Shown here: in pieces, positions 21,891-33,600 of the stretch | How positions within the stretch are numbered: the first letter of the stretch is position 1 | Layout of the letters: every line of letters begins with the position of its first letter | Assembly: GCA_030704615.1 (NCBI GenBank) | Contig: CM060733.1 | Coordinates: 53,692,001 to 53,756,000, forward strand | From: Takakia lepidozioides | Taxonomy: Eukaryota > Plantae > Bryophyta | Direction: 5' to 3' | Length of the DNA stretch: 64,000 nucleotides | Notes under the pieces: model-generated | Databases searched by the model: none | Told to the model about the DNA's origin: nothing | Seen by the model: only the letters and a program-made list of their open reading frames with translations | Position numbers and translations under genes: made by a program

Positions 21891-24800
21891 ATGAGGCTTG
21901 AGGATGGGTGCTCACAGCTCCGAGCATGGATGCTCACAGCAGCCCTACTGTGTTCAAATGTGGTCCTTGCGTCTGGGCTCTATTCGCCAGACGACCTGCC
22001 TGTGAGACAGTCTCTCGAACTTAGAGAACCGCTACCTTTGATCAATGAATCATCACCTATATGGTCTAGATCTGCTGTCAACTCCCTGCAGTACCCACAA
22101 GGACAGGAAGATTTACTTACAAGTCCGAAACTGTGGACAGAAGATCCATTTCACAGACTGGTAATTTTTGGAGAACGGTCAATGCACAGCCTGGAGCATA
22201 TAAGAGCATACATTTATAACGGAAAATGTGAAGATTCCAGTCAGTCTGCGTGGCCTCAATTGGAATTTGGATGGCGTTTGGTGTCAGCTACTGTACTGGG
22301 ATGCATAGGGGCATGCCTTTGCAGTGCTGGTGGGGTGGGCGGGGGTGGTTTGTTTGTCCCACTATTCAATCTCTTGCTGCTATTTGATGCAAAGACCTCA
22401 GCAGCTCTTTCAAATTTCATGATACTGGGGGGTTCTGTGGCAAATTTGGCATGGAATTCAGTGCAAACACACCCACTGTTACCTGATAAGCCTCTCATAG
22501 ACTATGACGTGACATTACTGTTACAACCCAATATGTTACTGGGGATCAGTATAGGTGTCATCTGCAACGTGATGTTCCCGGGCTGGTTGATCACTGCGCA
22601 GCTGGCAATAATTTTGAGTTATATCACTTTTAGGACTTGTAAGAGTGGGTTACGACTGTGGAAAACTGAGACTTATTTGAGAGCTGAAAAGGAGAGGAGC
22701 TCAGTCTCCCTGGAGAAGGGCAAAGAAGTTGCTCCCGTTTCCGAGAATGGGCATACAGGCACGTGTTTTCTCTTCTTCTCTTTGATGAGTAGAAAGAAAT
22801 AAGCTAATTTGAGCAGAATGTTTAGTCCCATCTGTGCATTGAGCGGTAAGATTCCTTGAATCTCCTTATACTTAACCTGATTCCTCTGTCACAAAGTGCA
22901 CTCTTGGAAGACTCTGAGTGACATGGTCATTTTGATAAAGTTTCTCCTTCTTTCTCTCTCTCTCTCTCTGGTCCTCTGCTGGCCTAAATATTTCTCATCT
23001 TTCTTGGAAATTGCCAATTGTTGTTCTCCTCTCTGATTTATTCTTTCCTGTTAGACTGTAGCCTCTAAGCCAATCATTGCATATAGCTTACAGAAAAATT
23101 TACTGACAAAATTGTTTTTCTTTACTACTGTTGGGTTTCCCACAATATGATTTGAATTATTTTGCATGCAGGGATGCTAGGAGGAGAAGAGGAAATCTCT
23201 CCACTTCTCAAGAAAATGTCTTCTAAGAAAGATAGACATTCTACAATTGAGACAAGTTCTTCTTTTGGCAGAGAGGAGTTGAATGGTTTTGCAGAACCCC
23301 TGCTGGGCACTGCAAGGAGGAATACAAGGATACAGTTCCCACCCGGCAAGCTGCTTACACTTGGCCTAGTGTGGCTAGCCTTCTTTTTGGTGCAAATACT
23401 TAGAGGGGGCAAGGCTGGAAAGGTGCTCTATTTGATTCTTACTCCTCCATGTTTTTCATTTAAGTACTTATGCCTATCCAGTATGCTATGTATTACCTGT
23501 GTCTCCTACCCATCTCTAGATACTGGCAGTGGCATGTCTATGGTGAGCTGGACTCAACATTGTGCTTTACCTAGCATAATGTTCTCACAATCTCCGTAAT
23601 TAGACACTCAAATCCTTTCAACTGCATTGTTGGCTGAGCCTGGCAGCTGACACTGCAATTGAAAGACCATATGCTTCAGATGTGCAATAAACAGACCATG
23701 CCTCCGTGGATGTAATAAAGTTCCTCTTCTTCTTGGGGCCCTGGTGTTCTGTTCCATTTGTCTTTTCTTTGTCCCATAGGCTCCTGAGCTCTCAGTGGAC
23801 TTTACAATCTTGATTTCTTTCTGCTTTTCCTTCTTCATCTCTCTCCATGCATATCTTAGCAAAGTTGTGTAGGATGGGGAATTGTTAAGTCATAACAAGC
23901 ATCAACTGTCAAAAGGACTGTCTTTCAAGCTCATTCATTTCGCCGCCTGCTTAATATCTTGCAGGTGATGTTGTCCCTGGAGAGCTGTACCATAAAAGAA
24001 CAAGGAGAGCATTTGACACTAGATATGTCAGGAACATACATACATCTAACTCTCTCGTATCTGTTGGTGAATTCACTGCAGAGTGTACTGAATTTAAGAC
24101 CATGTGGAGTGTGGTACTGGCTGCTGTCGGCATTCCAACTCCCAATAGCCATGGGTGGGACAGTGTGGACCGCGTCACATTTGCTACGACCTGCCAAGAA
24201 CCCTCAGTCAGAGGTACAGCTTGTAAATATTCTGATTAGTTCCAATTTGCACACACACATACACACGCCATATCCTCCCTCCCACCCTTCTCCTTCCTTC
24301 TTGCAGTACAAGTGACTGAAGTCTAGTGCAATATGGGCAGGAAGTGGCACCACTCTATTTCTCCCACAGATCTCGCATGTTATCATGTGACGTATGTGGC
24401 ACTCCACTAAGGATGCCATGAGAAGTCTGCTCAACTGCATAGCAGTCCCAGGAGACTGAAAGGCTGCAATGGAAATTATTTTTAAGGTACTTGACCTGCT
24501 TAAATGTGGATGGATTTGCAGGATGAATGGGATCGGATGGGTCCACGGGCATTTTCACTGTTTCCAGGAATGGCCTTGTTGGCAGGCCTCTTGGGCGGCA
24601 TGTTAGGGATTGGGGGCGGCATGGTTATAAACCCTTTGTTAATCGAAATCGGAATACATCCACAGGTTTGTTTGTGCCTCCCTGTTCACACCACGATGTG
24701 TATAGCACTGCAATCACAGCTACATTGGTCCAATCTACTGCGCACGGTAGCGGCCAAGGCCCTACAGTAGAGGGTGGGATCCTTTTAATGGGCTGTGGGG

Positions 24801-25312
24801 CCATTGGTCATGTGTGCAATTGTTGATGGTTGATACGGAGATACATTGTTGCTGTTGCACATCAAAGAAGACTGCCAACTATTGCTGGCCTCTTCCTCTC
24901 CAGAATCGTGTTTCTTCTGTTCTTGCAATATTTTAGGGCCAAAAGCACTTATCCAGCTCATGTCTTCAGTATCTAACACAGTCCCTTTCGTCCATTTGAT
25001 CAGGTGACGGCAGCAACCAGTGCCTTCATTGTCTTCTTCTCGTCGTCGATGTCGGTTGTTCAGTTTTGGCTGCTGGGGCGAACACCCCTGAACTATGCAT
25101 TTCTGTTTGCTTCTCTCTGTTTTGTCTCATCCCTTGTGGGTTTGCTTGTTGTCCACCACTTAATTGTGCGATGTGGGCGAGCCTCCATCATCATCTTTTC
25201 AGTGAGTGGCGTGCTAGGCTTCAGCACACTTCTAATGGCAGGTTTTGGAGGCTTAGATGTCTGGAGACAGTACTTGGAGGGAGACTATATGGGCTTCCAT
25301 GCCCCTTGCTAG
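21891..25312 (+). CDS. Sulfite exporter TauE/SafE family membrane protein; exons 21891-22758, 23172-23422, 24082-24213, 24522-24665, 25004-25312
   Basis: SAGGVGGGGLFVP, PLIDYD...LLQPNMLLGISIG, GGMLGIGGG...P.L...G.HPQV.AATS motifs. Splice phases are consistent; the first intron has a GC donor. Confidence 0.92.
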
Positions 25313-26129
25313 TGCCCATCTCCTCTCTGTTCTTGCTGTCCTGTTTTGTTCCCCTATTTTCTCCACATCTCTTGGGTGTCTCCTCCACAGATCCTGTCTC
25401 TCTTTCTTTTGAAGTATTGTGTACCCTAAATCAATGTAGTTGGATGCATTTACTGCTCTGCCATGCGCACTATTGGTGGCAGTTGTGGGGTGTAGTGTGA
25501 TGTTTTTGCCCTAATATTTCTGCACATTTGTGAGGGGCATAATTCGAGGAGTTCTGTGACTTGCCTACAGGCACTTGTTCTTGTAATACAGTCATGTCTC
25601 TCTGTCCTATGCAATCATAATGGGTTTAAGAGAGAATTTATAAATAGTAGTGTATCCTTCCTTCTCCCCTATTTGTAGTTGGATGGTGTTTCTGCATAGT
25701 GCTTGTCTATCCAAATGAGTTATATGAGTGTCATGGCCTTGGCTTCCAATCTGAAAGATCTTGCCAATCGTAGCACTAGTCATATAAAGTTTAAGGTTAT
25801 TTAAGGATGGGTGTGAATCGAAATAATAGAATAATAACTCCCAGTCACACGCATATAGCATCATTGACCAAACATTTCTACATACTCTTCGTGTCATATA
25901 TCGAAACAATTTCTCTAGCCATAAAAGGTAAAAAAGTACTGCTTCCTACAAAACTTGCTTGGGTGAACATTCCATTCACCTCAAACACCCATATTCTGTC
26001 TCTCTGCTAAGGGAATGTGCAGTGGTGGCATTCAACGACTGAGGAGAGGGAGGAGGTGATCTCAAGTGGCAGTGGGGAAGCCAAGAGATTCGGGTCCTCC
26101 GTTCCTACACATACCTCGGCATTGAGTTT

Positions 26130-27000
26130 TCCTCAGGATGCACATAATCAGAAAGTTGTTCAAACTGGCAAGCGCAAAGTGCTGGGTCTCACTAAATTTT
26201 TCCACTGCAGAGGGATCAACTCTGAGGTAAGAAAAACCATGCTTTGTCGTGTTATTAGACCTGCCTTGGAGTACGCATATGCAATATGGGTTGATAACTC
26301 CAACCAGGCTAAGTCTCTAGAATCCACTCAAGTGGGGGTGCTTAAGGACTGCATGTCAGCGTGCTCAAAACAGCCCATATGGCTGTTCGGGGTGAGTTTG
26401 GCATCCCTTCCTTAAGCTCTTGACGAGATGAATTCAAAGGTCAGATGGTGGGGTCAGCTGCAACATATGTCCAACATCGGATATCCTAAACTCTATATGT
26501 TGGAAGCAGGATCGCCCTGTCAAACAGGCTAGGTCCTGGAGGAAGAGAATGTACTCATGAGACGTTGTTTGCCGTAGCCTTGTGGCCATTGACCCCGCGC
26601 CCAGTTTGAGCGGAACACAAAGGGACAGAACCTACCTCTGTCAGGGGCTGACGTCGGTAGTAAGACTTACCTTGATATCAAACATTGATCCGGGTTTTCC
26701 AGATATCCTCTAGAAATCCCTTCACACAAGCATCAATCTGCTGTGTGCGGTTTGCCCAATAACTAGGCCCCAGAGAGTATAAGAGACTCTCAAGGATCTG
26801 AATCTTAGCCCCCAAGTCTTGACCCTGCTGGATAAATCTGACTTCGAGGCTGTAGTGTCCAAAGCCATGTCTGTTGCCAGGAAATTGTCAGATGAAAATG
26901 AAGTTAGGCAGAAAACTTCCCTGAACTTGTGTCCAGTCTGTGACATGGGGGAGGACATCATGGATGACCTCAAGGGTCTACCCACTCTCGGCACGAGACT
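26130..27000 (+). mobile_element. LINE ORF2 C-terminal fragment containing an inverted copy of the family's 3' end (~26545-26727)
   Basis: RVIRPALEYAYAIW (RT thumb), RWWGQLQHM...YPK and KGLPTLGTRL. The internal segment is the reverse complement of 63834-63987. Confidence 0.75.
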
Positions 27001-27019
27001 TATAGAATATACCGGGGTT

Positions 27020-27399
27020 AAGTGGGCGTTGATCACTGTGAGCGTCTTCAGCAGGTGATGTGTTCTCAATGGCATACACATCATTCTTATACCAGAGCAA
27101 CAGCACCGTTTCTCCATCTTGGCAATTCTCCATCTTGCCTCACCAATCCCTGCTGCCCTTTAGGCAACGGTTCCCGAGGAATCACGGCGCCCAGTTACCA
27201 TCAAATGAGGGTATGGAAGCCTTTGCTGACGCTTCGACACATCGTTTGCAGTGCACTGGATAAGTGGATTGCCGGCCCTCTTCGAAGACCTACCACTCTG
27301 GCGGCACACAGATGCTTTATTTCCATTAGAAATGCACAGCGGTGAATGTCTCGAGCTGATGCTGTTTGCTGATCATAGCTGAATGGTGATCATCACCAT
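27020..27399 (-). pseudogene. PSB33: PSB33/TEF5-like Rieske-fold thylakoid protein, 5' fragment
   Basis: Minus-strand frames give NW.P / VIPREPLPKGQQGLVRQDGE / TVLLLWYKNDVYAIENTSPAEDAHS, matching recalled PSB33 LPKGERRV...ETILLLWYKNDVFAIENRSPAEGAYS. Frameshifts and a 12-bp duplication are present. Confidence 0.78.
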
Positions 27400-27533
27400 C
27401 GTCTTTGCAGTTTTGCCTGTCCCATCATTGACACGCTCTATATATTTGAATCTGCTTGTTTATAAATCACAGCTTATACAGTTCCACCCTTGCGTATGAA
27501 GCAGCGAACTTCCATTCATGCGTGTTCCTTGTT

Positions 27534-30077
27534 TCACCAATAATCCCTGCAAGAACAAACCCCATCTTGGAAGTGGTGAAAACGGTTGGAATCCCGTACA
27601 ACAACTTCTCGGCCAACAATCTTTGAGATGAACTTTGTGGCAGTGTGGCAGTCACCACACACCCTAAGGTTCTTGATGATGTGGATAGGCATCCCTGGGG
27701 GTAAGCTGATGAGCCCAAAACCAATGGCTAGCTTCTCACTGTGGTAGCAAAGAGAAAATTCCTTTTGCTCCTCCTCCACATCATGCAATACAAAACCTGT
27801 GTCAGGTACATACCCAGCGTCCTTCATCCACCCAGATAATCTCTTCAGCTCAGCATGGATTTCCTCCATCTGTGGATGGGATTTGTCTTCCACAACAAAG
27901 GTATGCACCTGGTTGTCAATCTCAATGCAGCTGCGCCCTGGCTCCTTTCTGACACCTCTGTCCTCCATCATTTTTCTCACCTTTGCTTTGTCATCCCACC
28001 TGCCAGCTGCAGCATAGATGTTTGAAAGCAGCACATAAGTTCCTGCATTCTGGGGATCGCACTTGAGAAGGCATTTTGCTGCACGTTCTGCTAACACCAC
28101 ATCACCATGAATTCTGCAGGCACCAAGCAAAGCGCCCCAGACCGAAGCACCTGGCTCAATTGGCATTTTCCTGATGAAGTCCACTGCTTTGTCTAACTGT
28201 CCTGCACGGCCAAGAAGGTCCACCATGCAGCCAAAATGTTCAATGGTAGGAGCAAGATCGTGATCTTGACTCATGGAATCAAAGTAGTGATGGCCTTCAT
28301 CAACTAGGCCCACGTGGCTACATGCAAAGAGAAGAGACATGAAGGTTACACCATCCGGCTTGAAGCCTTCTTGTTGCATTTGCTCAAATAGTTGGATAGC
28401 CTCCCTACCACACCCATGCTGAGCATATCCTCTCATCATTGCACTCCAAGATGCAACATCTCGATTTAACATATTGTCAAACACTTGGCGTGCATCTTTT
28501 ACTCTCCCGCATTTGGCATACATGTCAGCAAGGGAAGTCGCCAAAATGATATCTGGGGAAATTCCAGATTTCATGATGTGAGAATGGACCTCTTTGCCCT
28601 TTTCCAGGGCTCCTACACTGGCACACACATTAAGAATGGAAACAAATGTGACCATGTTCGGCATGACCCCTTCCTGTTGCATTTGCCCATAAACCTCGAA
28701 AGCCTCCCTCCCACACGAATGTTGAGCATATCCTGCAATCATAGCATTCCATGAGACCACATTTCGTTTACCCATATCGTCAAACACTTGACGCGACTCC
28801 TTTATGCTCCCACATTTGGCATACATGTCCGCAAGGGCAGTCTCCAGAATGATATCAGGTGCTAATCCAGTTTTGATGAAGTCAGCATGGACATCTTTGC
28901 CCTTTTCCAGGGCTCCCAGACTGGCACACGCATTGATAACGCAAGTGAACATGACCCTGTCCGGCTTCACACCTGCCTGTTGCATTTGCTCATAGATTTC
29001 AAAAGCCTCCCTACCGCAACCATGCTGAGCATAGCCAGTGATTATCACACTCCATGAGACCACATCTCGTTTAGCCATCTTATCAAACACTTGCCGCGCA
29101 TCCTTCATGCTGCTGCATTTGGCATACATGTCAAGAAGTGTATTCTCCAGGTTGATATCAGGCGCAATTCCAGACTTGATGATGTCAGCATGAACCTCTT
29201 TTCCCTTTTCCAGGGTTCCTAAGCTGGCACACGCATTGAGAATGCAAATGAATGTGACCCTGTTAGGCATCCGCACTTTTGACCTCATCTGATCATAGAT
29301 CTGGAAAGCCTCCCTGCCATACCCATGCTGAGTATATCCTGCAATCATGGCGTTCCATGAGACCACATCTCGTTGAACCATATTGTCAAACACTTGACGT
29401 GCCTCCTTCAAGCTCCTGCATTTGACATACATGTCAAGGAGGGCAGTCTCCAGAATTATATCTGGGCCAATTGCAGCTTTCAGGATGGTAGCATGGACCA
29501 TTTTACCTCTTTCCAGGGCTCCTAGGCTGGCACAAGCATTGAGAACGCAGGTGAATGTGACCCTGTCAGGAGTTACCCGTTCTTGACACATTTTCTCATA
29601 GATCTGTAAAGCCTCTGTACCACACCCACATTTGGCATATCCTGCTATCATTGTATTCCATGTAAACAGATCTCGTTCAGGCATTTTGTCAAACACATGG
29701 CGTGCATCCACCACACTCCCACACTTAGCATACATGTTGACAAGGGTGTTGAGCAGAAAGATGTTTGGCTTGAATTTACTTTGAATTATATGGGAATGTA
29801 CCTGCTTTCCCTCTGCTAGTCCTTTCATGTTGATACACTTCTGCAAGAGACAGACATAAGTACTGGAGTCTGTCTGAACGCCTCGGTGGTTCAAAATGTG
29901 CAGAGCCTCTTTCAGTCGTCCTGCATTACAGAGTGTCTTCACATTCCCACAGCTGCCAGTGTCCTTGTTGATCCCCTCTGGTGGTCCTCCGTCAAAAGCA
30001 GTGGAGATGGTGGAGGCCCTTCCTATGCCGCCAATCTGCTGTCCAACAAACAACTGTGCCTGATTCAACCTGGTCAT
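27534..30077 (-). CDS. PLS-class PPR protein with E1/E2 and an intact DYW cytidine deaminase domain (organellar C-to-U editing factor), intronless
   Basis: 847-aa ORF with ~101-aa P-L-S triplets, PG box PGRSCIE, HSEKLA, NLRVCGDCH and a CSCRDYW end. Confidence 0.97.
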   Translation of the reverse strand: MTRLNQAQLFVGQQIGGIGRASTISTAFDGGPPEGINKDTGSCGNVKTLCNAGRLKEALHILNHRGVQTDSSTYVCLLQKCINMKGLAEGKQVHSHIIQSKFKPNIFLLNTLVNMYAKCGSVVDARHVFDKMPERDLFTWNTMIAGYAKCGCGTEALQIYEKMCQERVTPDRVTFTCVLNACASLGALERGKMVHATILKAAIGPDIILETALLDMYVKCRSLKEARQVFDNMVQRDVVSWNAMIAGYTQHGYGREAFQIYDQMRSKVRMPNRVTFICILNACASLGTLEKGKEVHADIIKSGIAPDINLENTLLDMYAKCSSMKDARQVFDKMAKRDVVSWSVIITGYAQHGCGREAFEIYEQMQQAGVKPDRVMFTCVINACASLGALEKGKDVHADFIKTGLAPDIILETALADMYAKCGSIKESRQVFDDMGKRNVVSWNAMIAGYAQHSCGREAFEVYGQMQQEGVMPNMVTFVSILNVCASVGALEKGKEVHSHIMKSGISPDIILATSLADMYAKCGRVKDARQVFDNMLNRDVASWSAMMRGYAQHGCGREAIQLFEQMQQEGFKPDGVTFMSLLFACSHVGLVDEGHHYFDSMSQDHDLAPTIEHFGCMVDLLGRAGQLDKAVDFIRKMPIEPGASVWGALLGACRIHGDVVLAERAAKCLLKCDPQNAGTYVLLSNIYAAAGRWDDKAKVRKMMEDRGVRKEPGRSCIEIDNQVHTFVVEDKSHPQMEEIHAELKRLSGWMKDAGYVPDTGFVLHDVEEEQKEFSLCYHSEKLAIGFGLISLPPGMPIHIIKNLRVCGDCHTATKFISKIVGREVVVRDSNRFHHFQDGVCSCRDYW

Positions 30078-30672
30078 CCTGCATGACTCAAAACCTTACT
30101 GACAACCTTGACACTCAAACTAAGGTCAAAACTGCTAGATAGTTCAGAGAAAGATCTGTTCTTTTTCTAAACACGCCAAACCCCTCTCCGACTGAGCGGA
30201 GCCAAGCATCTCTATGGTCAGCCTGGGACGTCAGGGTAATAGGGAGAATATCAAATATTTGGGAACAAGTGGGACACTATATTGCAACCCTAAAGTTGAT
30301 TGAGAAATCCATTGCGCAGAGACATTCCTTGCATTTAATGAACCCATCCAAAGACTCGGTTCTTCAGGCTGGTGCCGCCCAATTTTGTTGAGCTCAGATG
30401 AGAGTGGGACACGTTTGGACATGAGCCCATGAATGTCCAAGGTGGTTGCGGAGCAGAAGACTGCCTCAAATTTGGGAAACCTCGACAGGGGATGAATTTT
30501 AACTAGCAAGACGAGAGCATGGAAAAGATGAAAGAAACCACTGGTTTGATTCCCTTCTATTGATATCATGGGCGCACGATTCATGGACCTCTGACCATCG
30601 TCTCCTGTTGGCTCTTTTTGCTCACTGGTGCTGGGGTGTGAGCATAATCCTGTCGTCAGATATCAACTGGAG
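30078..30672. promoter_or_regulatory. Short divergent intergenic region (putative bidirectional promoter) between PPR-DYW and DPH6
   Basis: Start codons lie about 600 bp apart on opposite strands. Confidence 0.5.
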
Positions 30673-33600
30673 ATGAAGGTGGTGGCACTTGTAAGTGGCG
30701 GCAAAGATAGCTGCTATGCCATGCAGCGGTGCATCGACTACGGTCATGAGGTTATTATTTTTCTCTCTGTGTCTGGTTAAGTCTCTGCACGAGAGATCAT
30801 GTGCGATGCTTCCGGTTCTGCATGTGATTTGAGTCTAAAGCTTCATGCTTGCAAAACATGCACTCTAATAATTGAACTATGTACTCATGGAAAAAATGGG
30901 CTTTTGTTAGATGTCACGTCTTCTTTGTCGGAATTCTAGAATTCCACAACCTGTCTCGTACCGCCCTTTTGTTTTGGGGTGTGGTTGTTTTTGTTCATCT
31001 GTACACAGCCAAGGCATTCTTTAGTGACTAATGGGTGTGAAGGTACTTGATTTTTATGCGATTGGATCTCGCTGCAGATAGTCACGCTGGCCAACTTGCT
31101 GCCCCTTGACGATGCGGTGGATGAGCTTGACAGCTTTATGTACCAAACTGTAAGTCTCGCTCCTCTGTCTGCGGTTTATCAGGCATTGTATTGTATGCAA
31201 TGGTACAGTTATTCAGCTTGATTGGATGGACACTACACAGCTTCTTCACAAAGCTTGCACGTTTGTGCAATCGTGGGTTGTAGGAAAGGGGGATTAGGAA
31301 GAATAATCAAGGAGGGTGTGTTAATGACTTGCAAAGCAAATGAGACTAGCTTAATCAGCAGTTCCTGGCGGCTTCCTGTTTATCCTCAATGTTGGGACTT
31401 CACCAGAAATCGCGCGGATGTTGAGGGGGGCCTTGTAGACCTGTTAGCCTCGTCTTGTTCTTGTGAAGCTCCAGCATGCCAGGGTCTTGTATTCTCTGAA
31501 TTAGTGCATGAGATAGAGCAGAGCATAGCAAGCTCCAAAGGTGCTATCTTCTCCTGGCACGGAATGTAGATTGTCAGAGGCCATTGTGAATTTAATTTCA
31601 CAGTACAGTACAGGCAGGGGCTATCTATTGGCATGTGTATTTGTGTGTGTAGGACAAAGAGAAAAAGAAATGCAGTAAATGTGTGTTAGACGTTAGAGAG
31701 GGAGAGTGAGAATGGGCACCTACGTGGCAAGCAAATCCACAAAGGGGGCTGGGGAATGCAGGTGGGGCATCAGATGGTGCGCTCCATTGGGCAGTGCATG
31801 GGCCTCCCATTGTTCCGTAGGCGTATCCAGGGCAGTGCCAGGTTTTTCATTTTGTCTCTGGCTCCGTCTTTCCTACTGGTTTTGGGAAAATATCATTTTG
31901 TTTTTACACCCTGCATGGACAATTCCAGAGGGCAATAGCCTGGACACAAAATTGTCCGAATTATAGTTCATTGCTTCTGGGCTCTCTCCCAAGTTGATAG
32001 GCAGATGCTAAATTTTGGATAGGCAGCAATGCAATGCCTTATGTACAAGTAGTTTTTGCTTGCATGCTCTTAACAATTTTGCAGAGAGATGATCATCATT
32101 AAATGCTGTGGGGTGCTGTGAAGCTAGCTAGATGTCTAATTTTTATTGGGGAATGGGTGGGGCTTCAGCTCGGGGGCTGGCTGGAGGGACGTGGGCGTTT
32201 GTAAAAGAGCAATGAAAATGCCAGGAAAGCAAACGGGATTAGGATTTGATTCTCTTCTTTTGCAGGGTGCAGGACTTGAGATACATGAAGACCAAGGGGG
32301 ATGAAGTGGAAGACCTGGAAATGCTGCTCCAAGCAGTGAAAAAGCAGTATCCGGGAATAGGAGGGGTGTCCTCAGGAGCTATAGCATCTGACTATCAACG
32401 ATTGCGTGTAGAAAATGTCTGCTCCAGGCTAGGTCTTGTCTCTCTTGCATATCTATGGCAGCAAGATCAGGCCCTTCTTCTACAGCAAATGGTGAAGCCC
32501 ATTGCTTTCTTTGCTTCTTGAGACCACTTCAGAGCTAATGTTCTTGATGAAAACTTGGTCTTCAGGTCACTACATATATATTCTGCGGGTCATGAGGCAA
32601 ATTGTGGCTGTCATAGTAAGCTACTTTGTACGAATCTTCATGGTCTAGATCTGTAATTGTCTGTAGTCTTTTGGTAACTGCCTCCAGGTCTTTACACCCT
32701 ATTTGGGAGATGTGTGTTTACAGTGTCTCAGGCTAGGCTTGCAGCTGTCAAATTTTTGAATGCCTTGTTGTTGGCTGTGAAGATCAACAGTGGGATCCAT
32801 GCAGTGCTAGTCAAGGTTAGAATCACCTCCTGGCATCTGTGGATAGTGCATTTTTCTGTATCTGCTTCCAGTTTTAAGCTGGTTTATTTTGCATAAACTA
32901 GTTCTCTGCTTGAATTCCATCTCGGAGCCATTGTCAACTCGATAGATTAAGTCAGAGAGGTCCACCTTGAGCTGATGAGCTAAAGCATCAACTTATGACT
33001 TTTGCGGTTGTCCTTGTACATATCTACTGCCTGTGAGATAACATTGCAGGTGATGTCTGGGCAGGTTGCAGCCATGGGTCTGGACCCACGCAAGCATCTA
33101 GGCCAGGACCTGGCTACCCTACAGCCTCACTTCACTCGTCTTGAAAGGTGCATTGGCACTCTCGTCAAAGGGCCTTTGGGAGAGGGATGCAACACATGTC
33201 CATTTGAGATATATGCTGATTGTGCTTATGTAAATACAATGCTTTTGTGCATGCACAAGCAGGTCTGTTTCTGGAAAAGTAGTGCTGTCACCCGTGATCA
33301 TATCTATTGGGACAGAAGATTCACTGGAAGTGGGGGACATGCCGTGTCTTATTGCTCACTTCAACAACATTGCTTGCTTCTGTGTTTTGGCTTTTGTGAC
33401 AGCATGTATGGGAGCAACATCTGTGGGGAGGGTGGGGAGTATGAGAGTCTGACTCTTGACTCTCCTCTTTACAAGGTAAGAATGTCCAACTATTTACCAT
33501 CTAGAAGCAGTGTTTCGCACTTTAGAGTTGAGTCTGTTCTCTTCTTCCTCGCATTCTTCCTGTGTGATTATTCATGTTTGTTCACTGATGTCTGGTATGA

